From: Candidatus Aminicenantes bacterium
GTDB taxonomy: Bacteria > Acidobacteriota > Aminicenantia > Aminicenantales > Aminicenantaceae
Reading direction: 5' to 3'
Length of the DNA: 64,000 nt
Assembly (NCBI GenBank): GCA_030603565.1
Contig: JAUVXM010000003.1
Coordinates: 1,359-65,358 of the forward strand
How positions within the stretch are numbered: the first letter of the stretch is position 1; every line of letters starts with the position of its first letter. The notes under the pieces were generated by a model. It was not told the DNA's origin. It saw only the letters and a program-made list of their open reading frames with translations, and did no database searches. Of this stretch, positions 51,254 to 60,322 are shown piece after piece. A program made the translations under genes and the position numbers.

Positions 51254-51295
51254 CTGAACTATTCATAAAAAATATCGACTCGGGAATAATCCAGG
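51254..51295. repeat. Minimal MITE (both TIRs, about 42 bp) between tetR and tolC
   Basis: ctgaactattcataaaaaatatcgactcgggaataatccagg. Confidence 0.5.
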
Positions 51296-51967
51296 TTAAT
51301 CTTTCGTTTTCTTAAGGCCATTTAGGAAAAAGCTATAAACAAGTTCCGTGCTTTGCTCGATCGAATATTCTTTCTCATGCAATGGTCCCTTGAAATTGAA
51401 ACCGCGCAGCATAGCGCCTAAAATCAAGCAGGCTTCTCTGGCATCGACTTCTCGGAATTCTCCGGAATCTATTCCCTCCTGGATGATCTTACACATTGCT
51501 TCAAAGATATCTTTGATTATTTTCAGGTAATCATCTGGAATATGTTGTTTTGAATCTATTGGCATAACATGATTATCAATATCCATACCTAAAATCTGCT
51601 TCATGGAGGACCTTTCCATCAGAAATATCCGGGCGATATTTTTCTTGCTTCGAAAATATGAGAGAATAAAATGAATTATTTCTTCTACCCTCTCTGCCGC
51701 GCTTTGGTTTTTCTTACTTATTCTCAATAAATTCTCGCGTGCTTCCAGAAACGAATCCATTACTATCTCTGAGAAAAGGTCGCTTTTACTGTTAAAATAC
51801 CGATAAATAGTGGCTTTTGAAAATTGAGCCTCATCTGAAATATCATCAACAGTAGCCTGGCTATAACCTTTCTGGCTGAACACTTCCTCAGCCGCTTCCA
51901 GGATAAATTTCTTATTTTCTCTTTTTCGCTGCAATTTTCTTTCAGCTCTTAAATCATTTTTTTTCAT
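51296..51967 (-). CDS. TetR/AcrR-family transcriptional repressor
   Basis: HTH QATVDDISDEAQFSKATIYRYFNSKSDLF; first gene of the efflux operon. Confidence 0.85.
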   Translation of the reverse strand: MKKNDLRAERKLQRKRENKKFILEAAEEVFSQKGYSQATVDDISDEAQFSKATIYRYFNSKSDLFSEIVMDSFLEARENLLRISKKNQSAAERVEEIIHFILSYFRSKKNIARIFLMERSSMKQILGMDIDNHVMPIDSKQHIPDDYLKIIKDIFEAMCKIIQEGIDSGEFREVDAREACLILGAMLRGFNFKGPLHEKEYSIEQSTELVYSFFLNGLKKTKD

Positions 51968-51980
51968 TGCTCTAGCCTAA

Positions 51981-52018
51981 TGGTTTAATTATTAAACTAT
52001 ATAGTTTAATTTTAAAAC
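51981..52018. promoter_or_regulatory. Probable TetR operator: perfect 18-bp palindrome inside a longer imperfect one
   Basis: TTAAACTATATAGTTTAA (51992..52009), flanked by gtttaatta / ttttaaaac, 25 bp upstream of the tetR start. Confidence 0.5.
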
Positions 52019-52158
52019 TGTAGGGTCACAATAGCATACTCTCCAGTCTCTGTCAACCGCTTCCAGCCAGAATTTCATCTTGTCATTTACTATTTATTAT
52101 TTTCTAAGTATCATTCGCAGCGACATTTTTATATTGGCGATCAATCAGGGAGGATAAA

Positions 52159-52497
52159 ATGGGAGATGAACTTAAAAAATATAATGAATTTCGAGAAAAG
52201 ATGAATAAACACATATTAAACTCCGGCAACCTTGAGCTGAAGCGTTTTTTCGCTCTTGATAAAAATGCCTACAAAGACGGTGCCCTGCCAGCTTCTACAA
52301 AAGAGCTTTTAGGCCTGGCTGCATCCATAGTGCTAAGGTGCAATGATTGCATCGCCTATCATCTTACCCGGTGTGTTGAACTGGGTTTTTCAGATGAACA
52401 GCTTTATGAAGCTTTTAATGTGGCCCTGGTAGTCGGAGGCTCAATAGTAATTCCCAACTTACGTAAGGCTTTTGTAACATTGGAAGAGCTAACGTGA
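52159..52497 (+). CDS. Carboxymuconolactone decarboxylase / AhpD-like family protein
   Basis: 112 aa; CNDCIAYH (CxxC..H AhpD-core motif). Confidence 0.7.
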   Translation: MGDELKKYNEFREKMNKHILNSGNLELKRFFALDKNAYKDGALPASTKELLGLAASIVLRCNDCIAYHLTRCVELGFSDEQLYEAFNVALVVGGSIVIPNLRKAFVTLEELT

Positions 52498-52524
52498 ATA
52501 ACTCAGGTACTCTGAATTATTCAT
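52494..52524. repeat. Solo TIR palindrome of the MITE family, overlapping the AhpD-like stop codon
   Basis: gtgaataactcagg tact ctgaattattcat. Confidence 0.5.
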
Positions 52525-52536
52525 AATAATAAGGAA

Positions 52537-53127
52537 TTAGAGGGCAATTTTATCAGGAATGACCATACCGCCGGAGACAAGCAGCTTTAAACCCTGTTCA
52601 ACAGAAAAATTCGCATCAATTACTTCATTTTTTTTGACAAACAGCACAAATCCGGTCGTGGGCAGCGGTGTGGACGGCACAAAAACAGAATAGTATTCTT
52701 CTCCTTCAGTCCCTGAGGTAGTTCCAGTTACAAACGACAAAGTCCACAATCCTTTCCTGGGGTATTGAATAAATACAGCTTTTTTGAAATTACTCCTTTC
52801 TTTGATTGAAAAGGCTTGGAATATCCCTTTTGTTGTTGAATAGACTACTTTTATTATCGGCAGTCGAAGGATAATCATGTCAAGCAGCTTAATGGATTTC
52901 CTTCCTACTAAATTCGCAGTTAACAGCCCAATCAAGTAAACAGCAAGCACAGTAAATAAAATCCCAAGGCCAGGGAAATACCATTCCACATGCTCCTTAA
53001 GATAGGGTCCAACAAGGCCATCAAAAACATTAAAAATCCAGCGTAAAACGAGGGCTGTAAGACCAATAGGCCCCAAAATCAGCAGACCAGCCAGAAATCT
53101 GTTTCGAATACTAGACCAAATTTTCAA
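52537..53127 (-). CDS. DUF502-family membrane protein
   Basis: 196 aa; N-terminal TM pair plus conserved C-terminal domain typical of DUF502. Confidence 0.65.
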   Translation of the reverse strand: MKIWSSIRNRFLAGLLILGPIGLTALVLRWIFNVFDGLVGPYLKEHVEWYFPGLGILFTVLAVYLIGLLTANLVGRKSIKLLDMIILRLPIIKVVYSTTKGIFQAFSIKERSNFKKAVFIQYPRKGLWTLSFVTGTTSGTEGEEYYSVFVPSTPLPTTGFVLFVKKNEVIDANFSVEQGLKLLVSGGMVIPDKIAL

Positions 53128-53151
53128 TTTTCCTCCATATTAATAGATTAT

Positions 53152-54054
53152 TTATGCACGGGGGTGATATTTATTATATACCTGACACAATCTTTTCCGG
53201 CTGACCTGCGTATATATCTGGGTTGTAGTTATTTGACTGTGTCCCAGCATAAGCTGAATCGAGCGAAGGTCTGCCCCTCTTTCCAGCATGTGTGTAGCAA
53301 AAGAATGACGCAGCATATGAGGGCTGATCTTCTTGTCCAACCCAGCCTTTAAGGCATAGCCTTTAAGAAGTTTCCAAAATCCCTGCCGGGTAAAACACCC
53401 TCCTCTTAATGTTAAAAACACAAAATCATTTTGCTTTTTGACATACTGCCGGCGTGCTTCTTTAAGGTATGTTTTTATCGCTGAAGAAGCTGAGTTTCCC
53501 ATTGGGACAACTCTCTCCTTGCCCCCTTTCCCGCGACAGATAAGGAAACTATCATCAAGGTTAAGGTCCTTTAATTTCAATTTTACCAGCTCAGATACAC
53601 GTAAACCTGTAGCATAGAGTAATTCAAGCATCGCTTTATCCCTGATACCGCGGATATCTTCATCTCCAGGCTGGTTTAAAAGACGCTCCACTTCTTTTAT
53701 TTTTAAAAACTTTGGCAGTTTGAACCATATTTTTGGTGAACTGAGATTAGCCGCAGGATCCTTTTTAATTACTCCGTCCAGGATTAAAAATCTGAAGAAT
53801 GCTTTTAAAGAAGAAATCAGCCGGGCCAAGGAACGGGAAGAAAGACCTGCCCTGCTCTGTTGATGAATGAATTTGATCAGATCATTTTCGTCGACTTTAT
53901 TCCAGGTGATCTTTTCTTTTTGAAAAAACAGAAAGAATTTATTTAAGTCATGGGAATAGGCCCGAATAGTATTGGAGGAAAGACCCTTTTCCACGGAAAG
54001 AAACTCAAGGAAAACCCGCAGAATGCCCTCGGGAGATGAGAGAAGGTTGCTCAT
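53152..54054 (-). CDS. xerD: Tyrosine recombinase XerD/XerC
   Basis: C-terminus HMLRHSFATHMLERGADLRSIQLMLGHSQITTTQIYTQVSRKRLCQVYNKYHPRA is near-collinear with E. coli XerD (RHSFATHLL..GADLR..Q.LLGHS..STTQIYTHV). N-terminal phage-integrase SAM-like domain. Confidence 0.85.
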   Translation of the reverse strand: MSNLLSSPEGILRVFLEFLSVEKGLSSNTIRAYSHDLNKFFLFFQKEKITWNKVDENDLIKFIHQQSRAGLSSRSLARLISSLKAFFRFLILDGVIKKDPAANLSSPKIWFKLPKFLKIKEVERLLNQPGDEDIRGIRDKAMLELLYATGLRVSELVKLKLKDLNLDDSFLICRGKGGKERVVPMGNSASSAIKTYLKEARRQYVKKQNDFVFLTLRGGCFTRQGFWKLLKGYALKAGLDKKISPHMLRHSFATHMLERGADLRSIQLMLGHSQITTTQIYTQVSRKRLCQVYNKYHPRA

Positions 54055-54695
54055 CTGATATAAGGATTAGATTCTTTTTCTTGTCCCACTGTAGTAGCAG
54101 GACCATGCCCGGGTAATACCAGGGTTTCATCGGGCAGGGTCAAGATCTTTTTTCTAATCGAATTTACTAACTTTTCCCATGAGCCACCGGGAAGATCGCT
54201 ACGGCCCACCCCGCCGCAAAAAAGCGTATCCCCGGAAAAAAGCACTGTATCGGTTAAAAAGCTTACACTACCCGGAGAATGACCGGGAGTGTGAATAACC
54301 TCCAACTTTGACTCTCCGATATCTATTATGTCTCCTTCATTAATAAATTTATCCGGCGCGGGAGAAGCTTTAGAACCCAAAAGCAAAGCCAATCCCGACT
54401 GTAAAGCGCTTTTTAGCATCTTTTCGTCGGCTTTATGAATATAAAGCGGGACTCCAAACTTATCTTTTATACCTTTATTCGCCCCGATGTGGTCTATATG
54501 CCCATGAGTATTTAACAACACAACCGGCTTCAGGCCTTTATCATCAATAATCCGGATAATTTTTTCAGGATCAGCACCCGGGTCTATTACCGCACATTTT
54601 CGGGAGTCTTCACAAAATGCCAGGTAACAATTTGTCTCTAATGCACCCACAACAATATTTTCATATTTCATAACATTTAATTTTATTATTATCAT
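54051..54695 (-). CDS. MBL-fold metallo-hydrolase (glyoxalase II-like)
   Basis: LNTHGHIDHIG (HxHxDH), 214 aa; 4-nt overlap with xerD. Confidence 0.8.
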   Translation of the reverse strand: MIIIKLNVMKYENIVVGALETNCYLAFCEDSRKCAVIDPGADPEKIIRIIDDKGLKPVVLLNTHGHIDHIGANKGIKDKFGVPLYIHKADEKMLKSALQSGLALLLGSKASPAPDKFINEGDIIDIGESKLEVIHTPGHSPGSVSFLTDTVLFSGDTLFCGGVGRSDLPGGSWEKLVNSIRKKILTLPDETLVLPGHGPATTVGQEKESNPYIR

Positions 54696-54800
54696 ATCCC
54701 TGAGTCAAGGTTTGGGGACTCCAGAGTCTTGCTATGTGGATTGAAACGACCCAAGATGCTATGATAAAAGGGTAATTTCCCGTAGAAAGGATTCTTATTA

Positions 54801-56807
54801 ATGGCAACCCTTGTTAAAAAGCAAAAGCTCAAAAGTATAAGACATCATTTTTTTATCATTATACTTTCCATAGCCATCGGTGCTCTTGCCGGACTCGGCG
54901 CCTATGGAGTCAGTAAATTTATCGGCTTAATTCAAAGTATCTCCTGGAAAGGAGTGAAAGATTTCCTGGAAATAAAGCAATATGTTTCTTCTCTTTATAT
55001 ATTGCTGATCCCCGCCATTGGAGGTCTATTAGTAGGACCCATTATTTTCAAAGGAGCTAGAGAAGCAAAAGGACACGGTGTTCCGGAAGTTATGGAGGCA
55101 GTGTTTTTAAAGGGAGGAGTTATTAGGAAAAGAGTTGCCTTTATTAAGGCACTTGCCTCGTCTATAACCATTGGAACCGGAGGGTCAGTTGGCCGGGAAG
55201 GACCGATTGTACAAATAGGATCTTCTATTGCATCAAGTATAGGCCAATTTTTTAAAGTAAAAGAAAGCGAATTAAAGGTGCTTGTCGGCGCTGGAGCTGC
55301 TGCTGGGATTTCTGCTACTTTTAATGCACCCATTGCCGGAGCCCTCTTTGCAACTGAAATAATCCTGGGAAATTTTGCCATCACTTCCTTTGCCCCAATA
55401 ATCGTGGCTTCTGTTATGGGAAATTTAGTTTTCATCAGCATTGAAGGGGCCAAGCCAATTTTTTCCGTTCCGGTTTATTCTTTAAATTCAGGTTGGGAGC
55501 TAATTTTTTATTTGATCCTCGGAATCGTTTGTGGAATTGTGGGTATCCTATTCATCAAAATCCTCTACTATTTTGAAAAAAAATGGATGGACCTGAAACT
55601 TAACGAAATGATAAAACCTTTTTTCGGGGGAATAATCATTGGGGCAATCGCAATCTTCTACCCCCACATAATGGGTTCAGGTTATACAGCCATAGACTTG
55701 GCTTTAAAAGGGAATTTAGTATTGTGGACTGCCTTGCTTCTGATCCTGATTAAAATATTTGCTACTTCGACTTCGCTTTCTTCCGGAGGCTCAGGGGGAA
55801 TTTTTGCTCCTTCTCTATTTATGGGTGCTTATACCGGCTTCATAGTGGGGAGCCTGTTTAATTACTTATTCCCTTCATTAGGAATCACACCAGGTGCATA
55901 TGCTCTTGTGGGTATGGGGGGAGTAGTGTCTGCCGCAATTCACGGTCCTTTAACTGCTATAATAATAATTTTTGAACTTACCGGGGATTATAACATCATA
56001 CTACCGCTTATGATCACCTGTATAATCGCTTCACTTCTATCTGAAGTATTTAACGAATACTCAATATACACATTGAAGTTGAAATTAAAAGGGATACTTT
56101 TTAAACAGGGAATAGAAGTAAATATATTAAAAAGGATTAAGGTTTCAGACATAATAAAGTCAGATTTTGCCGTAGTTAATAAAAACACTCCTTTAAAAAA
56201 CCTGATAAGAAAGGTTATGGAAAAAAATATAAATATTTTTCACGTCATTGATGAAGCAAATAAATATGTAGGCATTATTACTCTTTCCAATCTAAAAATT
56301 GCTATAGGAGAGAAGGATATTTTTGAAGGATTTTTATTAGTCGAGGACATTTATGAGCCTATTGAGGCAATTTCAGAGCAGGATTCTCTGGAAAAAGCTA
56401 TGGCTGTTTTTGGCAGGAATGATGTAAATGAACTCCCAGTACTGAAAAACGGAGAGATAATCGGCGTAGTGAAAAGGACAGACTTAATCGAAACCTACAA
56501 CCAAGAAATTAAGAAAATCGAGGCAAAAAGTTCATTTCTTGCTAAAATTAAATTTTCTGAAAATACGGATGTTAAAAAGATTTCTGATGAATATTTTTTA
56601 AAAGATCTACCTGCGCCCTCCTTTTGCTGGGGGAAGACCTTAAAAGAGCTAAATTTGCGAGCTGAATATGGTGTCGAACTCCTAAACGTAAAACAAAAAA
56701 GTCCTCTTGTAACCGTCACCTTACCCTATGGAAATTTTAAGATTAAGAAGGGAGATACTCTTATGGTAGCTGGAAGCCTGGAAAGAATTAAAAATTTTGA
56801 GGAGTAA
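54801..56807 (+). CDS. ClC-family chloride channel / H+-Cl- antiporter with C-terminal CBS pair and TrkA-C-like domain
   Basis: GSVGREGP, GIFAPS selectivity-filter motifs; CBS-like segments about aa 440-560; 668 aa. Confidence 0.85.
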   Translation: MATLVKKQKLKSIRHHFFIIILSIAIGALAGLGAYGVSKFIGLIQSISWKGVKDFLEIKQYVSSLYILLIPAIGGLLVGPIIFKGAREAKGHGVPEVMEAVFLKGGVIRKRVAFIKALASSITIGTGGSVGREGPIVQIGSSIASSIGQFFKVKESELKVLVGAGAAAGISATFNAPIAGALFATEIILGNFAITSFAPIIVASVMGNLVFISIEGAKPIFSVPVYSLNSGWELIFYLILGIVCGIVGILFIKILYYFEKKWMDLKLNEMIKPFFGGIIIGAIAIFYPHIMGSGYTAIDLALKGNLVLWTALLLILIKIFATSTSLSSGGSGGIFAPSLFMGAYTGFIVGSLFNYLFPSLGITPGAYALVGMGGVVSAAIHGPLTAIIIIFELTGDYNIILPLMITCIIASLLSEVFNEYSIYTLKLKLKGILFKQGIEVNILKRIKVSDIIKSDFAVVNKNTPLKNLIRKVMEKNINIFHVIDEANKYVGIITLSNLKIAIGEKDIFEGFLLVEDIYEPIEAISEQDSLEKAMAVFGRNDVNELPVLKNGEIIGVVKRTDLIETYNQEIKKIEAKSSFLAKIKFSENTDVKKISDEYFLKDLPAPSFCWGKTLKELNLRAEYGVELLNVKQKSPLVTVTLPYGNFKIKKGDTLMVAGSLERIKNFEE

Positions 56808-56837
56808 GAAACTAATTTTTCCCGGAATAAGCGACAA

Positions 56838-57173
56838 TCAGTCCAATCCCGATTTTTTATAAAACTCTTTGATCCTTTCTTCCAATTCTTTTGCCTTTTG
56901 GATGCTCGATTCCTCTTTCAGGCTGGATTTTAATTTTTTCAGTTCTTTTTCTACTTGTTTGATCTTATTAACGGAGTCGTTGACATCAAAAGTTGCGGCT
57001 ATGCCGGTTGTTCCGGCCATACGCTCAGCTCTTATAATCTCGCCGGCAGCACTATCAAATTCAGCTTTTAAATTCTTTACTGCTTTTTCTTCATCGCTCA
57101 ACGGAGTATATAAATTCGTGTAAGCAAAATAGCCGATAACCGCCAGGATTAAAATAATAATCAATGCTTTCAT
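56838..57173 (-). CDS. Small secreted/coiled-coil hypothetical protein
   Basis: 111 aa; N-terminal hydrophobic segment; lysine/glutamate-rich coiled-coil. No recognisable family. Confidence 0.4.
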   Translation of the reverse strand: MKALIIILILAVIGYFAYTNLYTPLSDEEKAVKNLKAEFDSAAGEIIRAERMAGTTGIAATFDVNDSVNKIKQVEKELKKLKSSLKEESSIQKAKELEERIKEFYKKSGLD

Positions 57174-57194
57174 TTTAAATTCCCATATTTTTAA

Positions 57195-57347
57195 TTAACC
57201 TAAACTATTCATAAAAAATGTCGATTACAAATAAAGATTATATTTTGAACGAAATGATAAATTGAGTTACTGTAGAAATCAATGTAACATAGTGATAAAA
57301 AAAGATGTATCATACATATCGACATTTTTTATGAATAGTTTAGGTTA
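57195..57347. repeat. Best-preserved MITE copy: perfect 29-bp TIRs flanked by TTAA on both sides
   Basis: TTAA-aacctaaactattcataaaaaatgtcgat ... atcgacattttttatgaatagtttaggtt-TTAA, about 90-bp core. Confidence 0.7.
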
Positions 57348-57433
57348 AAGATATTTTACTATATAATAAATAAATTACAAAGCCAAAAAAATATAATCAA
57401 AACAATATGTCTAAAAATCTTTAGCAACTTCAA

Positions 57434-58243
57434 ATGGAAATAAGAAAAAAAGTCGGATTCATCCTCGGCCCTCTGCTTTTTTTCCTAATATATTTCGCTC
57501 CCATACTTTCTGAAAATCCCAGAGCCCATGACCTTTTGGCCGTATTTCTCCTGGTAGTTGTATGGTGGGTGACTGAATGTATTCCGATTCCTGTAACGGC
57601 ACTCTTAATCCCCGTTTTTATAACAATACTTAAAATTTCAACTGTAAAAGAGGCATTAACCCCATTTGCCAATCCCATAATACTGCTCTTTCTGGGCAGC
57701 TTTATCTTGGCCAGGGCCATGTATGTCCATGGAATCGACCTTAAACTTGCCTATTCAGTACTCTCATTAAAATCCATCCGGAATAAACCAATCCGGATAT
57801 TATTTGCCTTAGGGCTAACATCAATGTTTCTGTCGATGTGGATAAGTAACACTGCCACCACTGCCATGATGTATCCTATCGCCCTGGGAGTACTATCAAC
57901 ATTTCACCAGGACAAAAAGAAAACAAGGGAACTGTCTTTTGGAGTAGTACTGCTCCTAACCCTTGCTTATGCAGCCTCCATCGGCGGAATTGGCACCCCT
58001 ATCATAATTGCCATTACTCAGGCTGTGGGTATTAATCCGCTGCCGCCGGTACTGGGCAGTGCTATAGGCTGCAGCTTTGCATTTATGCTGCCGGTGGCGA
58101 CGCCTCCTAATGCTATAATTTACGGATCCGGCCTCATCAAACTCCCCCAGATGATGAAAGCCGGCTTCTGGCTAAATATAGCCGGCATTCTGATTATCTG
58201 GCTTAGCATTACTTTTCTTGCCCCCTTACTCGGATTGATCTGA
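57434..58243 (+). CDS. DASS/SLC13-like anion permease, unusually short (269 aa; possibly internally deleted)
   Basis: VVVWWVTECIPIPVTALLIPVF (N-terminal hairpin block), one SNTATTAMM motif, C-terminal PPNAIIYGSG. Canonical members have two SNT motifs and are more than 440 aa. Confidence 0.45.
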   Translation: MEIRKKVGFILGPLLFFLIYFAPILSENPRAHDLLAVFLLVVVWWVTECIPIPVTALLIPVFITILKISTVKEALTPFANPIILLFLGSFILARAMYVHGIDLKLAYSVLSLKSIRNKPIRILFALGLTSMFLSMWISNTATTAMMYPIALGVLSTFHQDKKKTRELSFGVVLLLTLAYAASIGGIGTPIIIAITQAVGINPLPPVLGSAIGCSFAFMLPVATPPNAIIYGSGLIKLPQMMKAGFWLNIAGILIIWLSITFLAPLLGLI

Positions 58244-58264
58244 ACTATTAATAAAAAATGTCGG
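58240..58264. repeat. Solo left TIR of the MITE family overlapping the permease stop codon
   Basis: ctgaactattaataaaaaatgtcgg. Confidence 0.5.
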
Positions 58265-58306
58265 AAATAATAAAAAGAAGAACAAATCAAAGATCAGGAG
58301 GAAATC

Positions 58307-59419
58307 ATGAATTTTATTAGTTATCGCCGGTTTTATTCGATTCTTATTGGAGTTATTTTCTTGTCATTTATTTTGACGCCATGCTTATCATTCGGGCGGC
58401 AGCCCGGTCAGAATCAGGACAGCGAGGAATTGAAACTGTTAAAGAGGGGATTCGAAAATCTTCAGCACCGTTTGGATGTCGTGGAAAAACTTATCGACGA
58501 TGTGCTTTGGTTTCACAGAGTTGGGGATGTCTGCCATGTGGACAAGGTGCGCATTATCGGACCTCCCAATCCTCATGTAAAAAATCCCACGGCCATGGGC
58601 GCAAAAAATCCGATCAAGTTTTACAGCTACATCTTCATCCCTAAAAACATTGACCGCAGCAAAAAGTATCCCCTCCTGGTTTTTCCTCATGGAGGTGTGC
58701 ATGGGGATTTCACAACCTACTACACGCACATAATCCGGGAACTCATGGCCCAACACTACATCGTGATTGCCCCAGAATACCGGGGGAGTACGGGCTACGG
58801 CCGCTCCATTTATGAACTCATCGATTATGGCGGATTGGAGGTCGAAGACAACCATTGGGCGCGCAATTACATGATCGAAAACTATGTTTTTGTGGATAAG
58901 AACCATGTCGGGATAATCGGCTGGAGCCACGGTGGTTTGATCGCTCTGATGAACATTTTCGACCATCCCAAGGATTACCAAGTGGCCTTTGCAGGAGTTC
59001 CGGTCAGTGACATCATCTCACGTATGGGATATGCCTCAGATAGCTACAGGGACCTGTATTCGGCTGATTATCATATTGGCAAGACCGCCCGCCAAGATGT
59101 ACAGGAATACCGCCGCCGCTCCCCTGCCTACAATGTTCACAAATTCCAGAACACCCCTTTGCTCATCCACACCAACACCAATGACGAGGATGTGAATGTC
59201 CTTGAAGTGGAGCATCTTATCAAAGCCCTCAAAGCAGAAGGTAAAAAATTCGAATACGAGATTTTCCAGGATGCTCCCGGAGGACACAGCTTCGATCGGA
59301 TGGACCTGATGCTGGCAAAAAAAATTCGGATCAAGGTCTACAAGTTCCTTGCGAAATACCTGAATCCGGAAAATCCGATCGAATCCATTGATGCCTTGAT
59401 GAAAGCAGGCTATAGGTGA
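58307..59419 (+). CDS. Secreted alpha/beta-hydrolase (S9 prolyl-oligopeptidase catalytic-domain-like / dienelactone-hydrolase fold)
   Basis: Signal peptide; GIIGWSHGG (GxSxG); downstream D and H (NTNDED, GGHSF). Confidence 0.75.
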   Translation: MNFISYRRFYSILIGVIFLSFILTPCLSFGRQPGQNQDSEELKLLKRGFENLQHRLDVVEKLIDDVLWFHRVGDVCHVDKVRIIGPPNPHVKNPTAMGAKNPIKFYSYIFIPKNIDRSKKYPLLVFPHGGVHGDFTTYYTHIIRELMAQHYIVIAPEYRGSTGYGRSIYELIDYGGLEVEDNHWARNYMIENYVFVDKNHVGIIGWSHGGLIALMNIFDHPKDYQVAFAGVPVSDIISRMGYASDSYRDLYSADYHIGKTARQDVQEYRRRSPAYNVHKFQNTPLLIHTNTNDEDVNVLEVEHLIKALKAEGKKFEYEIFQDAPGGHSFDRMDLMLAKKIRIKVYKFLAKYLNPENPIESIDALMKAGYR

Positions 59420-59679
59420 TAGAATAAAATGCGGATCAATGATTGGCTTTTTTTCGCTACTATTTCAGAGCCGAAAGTAAAAAAAAGAACGGAAAGCGTT
59501 CCTTTTGAAGAAGCCCGATGATCTTCTGAAAGAGTTGGAGCAGAAATGGTCTGCATCAGCAGACGAAAGAATTGACCTTGTCAATTACACCAATTTGCTT
59601 CTCCAAAACGCCAAGGAAATAAAAACAAGAAAAAGATCATGCCTTTTTGTAATCTTGGGATTAGCCTTGGTTGATCGTG

Positions 59680-60141
59680 TTAATCCAGGAGAAGATACTG
59701 ATCGATATGTTCTTGAATGCTTTTCGCACACTTTTTATACATTTCCAAGCCTTGAGTGAAAGGATCCTTAATGTCCCATAAAACCATCCTGTCCCCAAGC
59801 TGCGAGAAGTTAAGTTTAAGGAATTCAAATACATATGAATCCAGAGGGATAATCCAGTCGAACCGGACTATATCTAAATCAATAATATTCCTGGTCCGGT
59901 GGGAGGAAATATCGACCTCATAAAATTCCTGCATTACAGCTATGGCCTCAGCCTGGGCTCCTTCAAATGCAGAAACCATTCCGGCGCTTTCTATGACAAC
60001 TTTTTTACCTACTTTTTTCTTAGCCAGCCCTTCGGCCATGGGACTTCTGCAGGTATTACCATAGCATACAAAAAGTATACTTTGAGTATCTTTAAAAAAT
60101 ATTGTTTTATTCATTACGTATTCGCCAAATAATTCTAACAT
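59680..60141 (-). CDS. Low-molecular-weight protein-tyrosine phosphatase / ArsC-like (CX5R P-loop)
   Basis: ILFVCYGNTCRSPMAEG; probable true start MNKTIFF at about 60112. Confidence 0.75.
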   Translation of the reverse strand: MLELFGEYVMNKTIFFKDTQSILFVCYGNTCRSPMAEGLAKKKVGKKVVIESAGMVSAFEGAQAEAIAVMQEFYEVDISSHRTRNIIDLDIVRFDWIIPLDSYVFEFLKLNFSQLGDRMVLWDIKDPFTQGLEMYKKCAKSIQEHIDQYLLLD

Positions 60142-60322
60142 AATAATAGGAATAAAGCCTCAAGCTTATTAAATTTAATATATGATTATTTATCAATTAT
60201 TTTAGATAAAAGGTTGACATTTTTTAACTTATTAAATATATTTAATATCATTATCAACGAAAGGTCATTATAAAGTGGAAAAATCCTCTTCAAGATTTCT
60301 ATAATATACAAAGGATTAAGCA

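Noticed and set aside
53152-54054. Phage integrase marking a prophage or island boundary
   Set aside because: The C-terminus is near-collinear with chromosomal XerD, and the neighbours are housekeeping (MBL hydrolase, DUF502). No phage genes were seen.
59505-59759. 84-aa ORF on the plus strand
   Set aside because: Its 3' half overlaps the LMW-PTP gene on the opposite strand and it has no family signal. Low coding likelihood.
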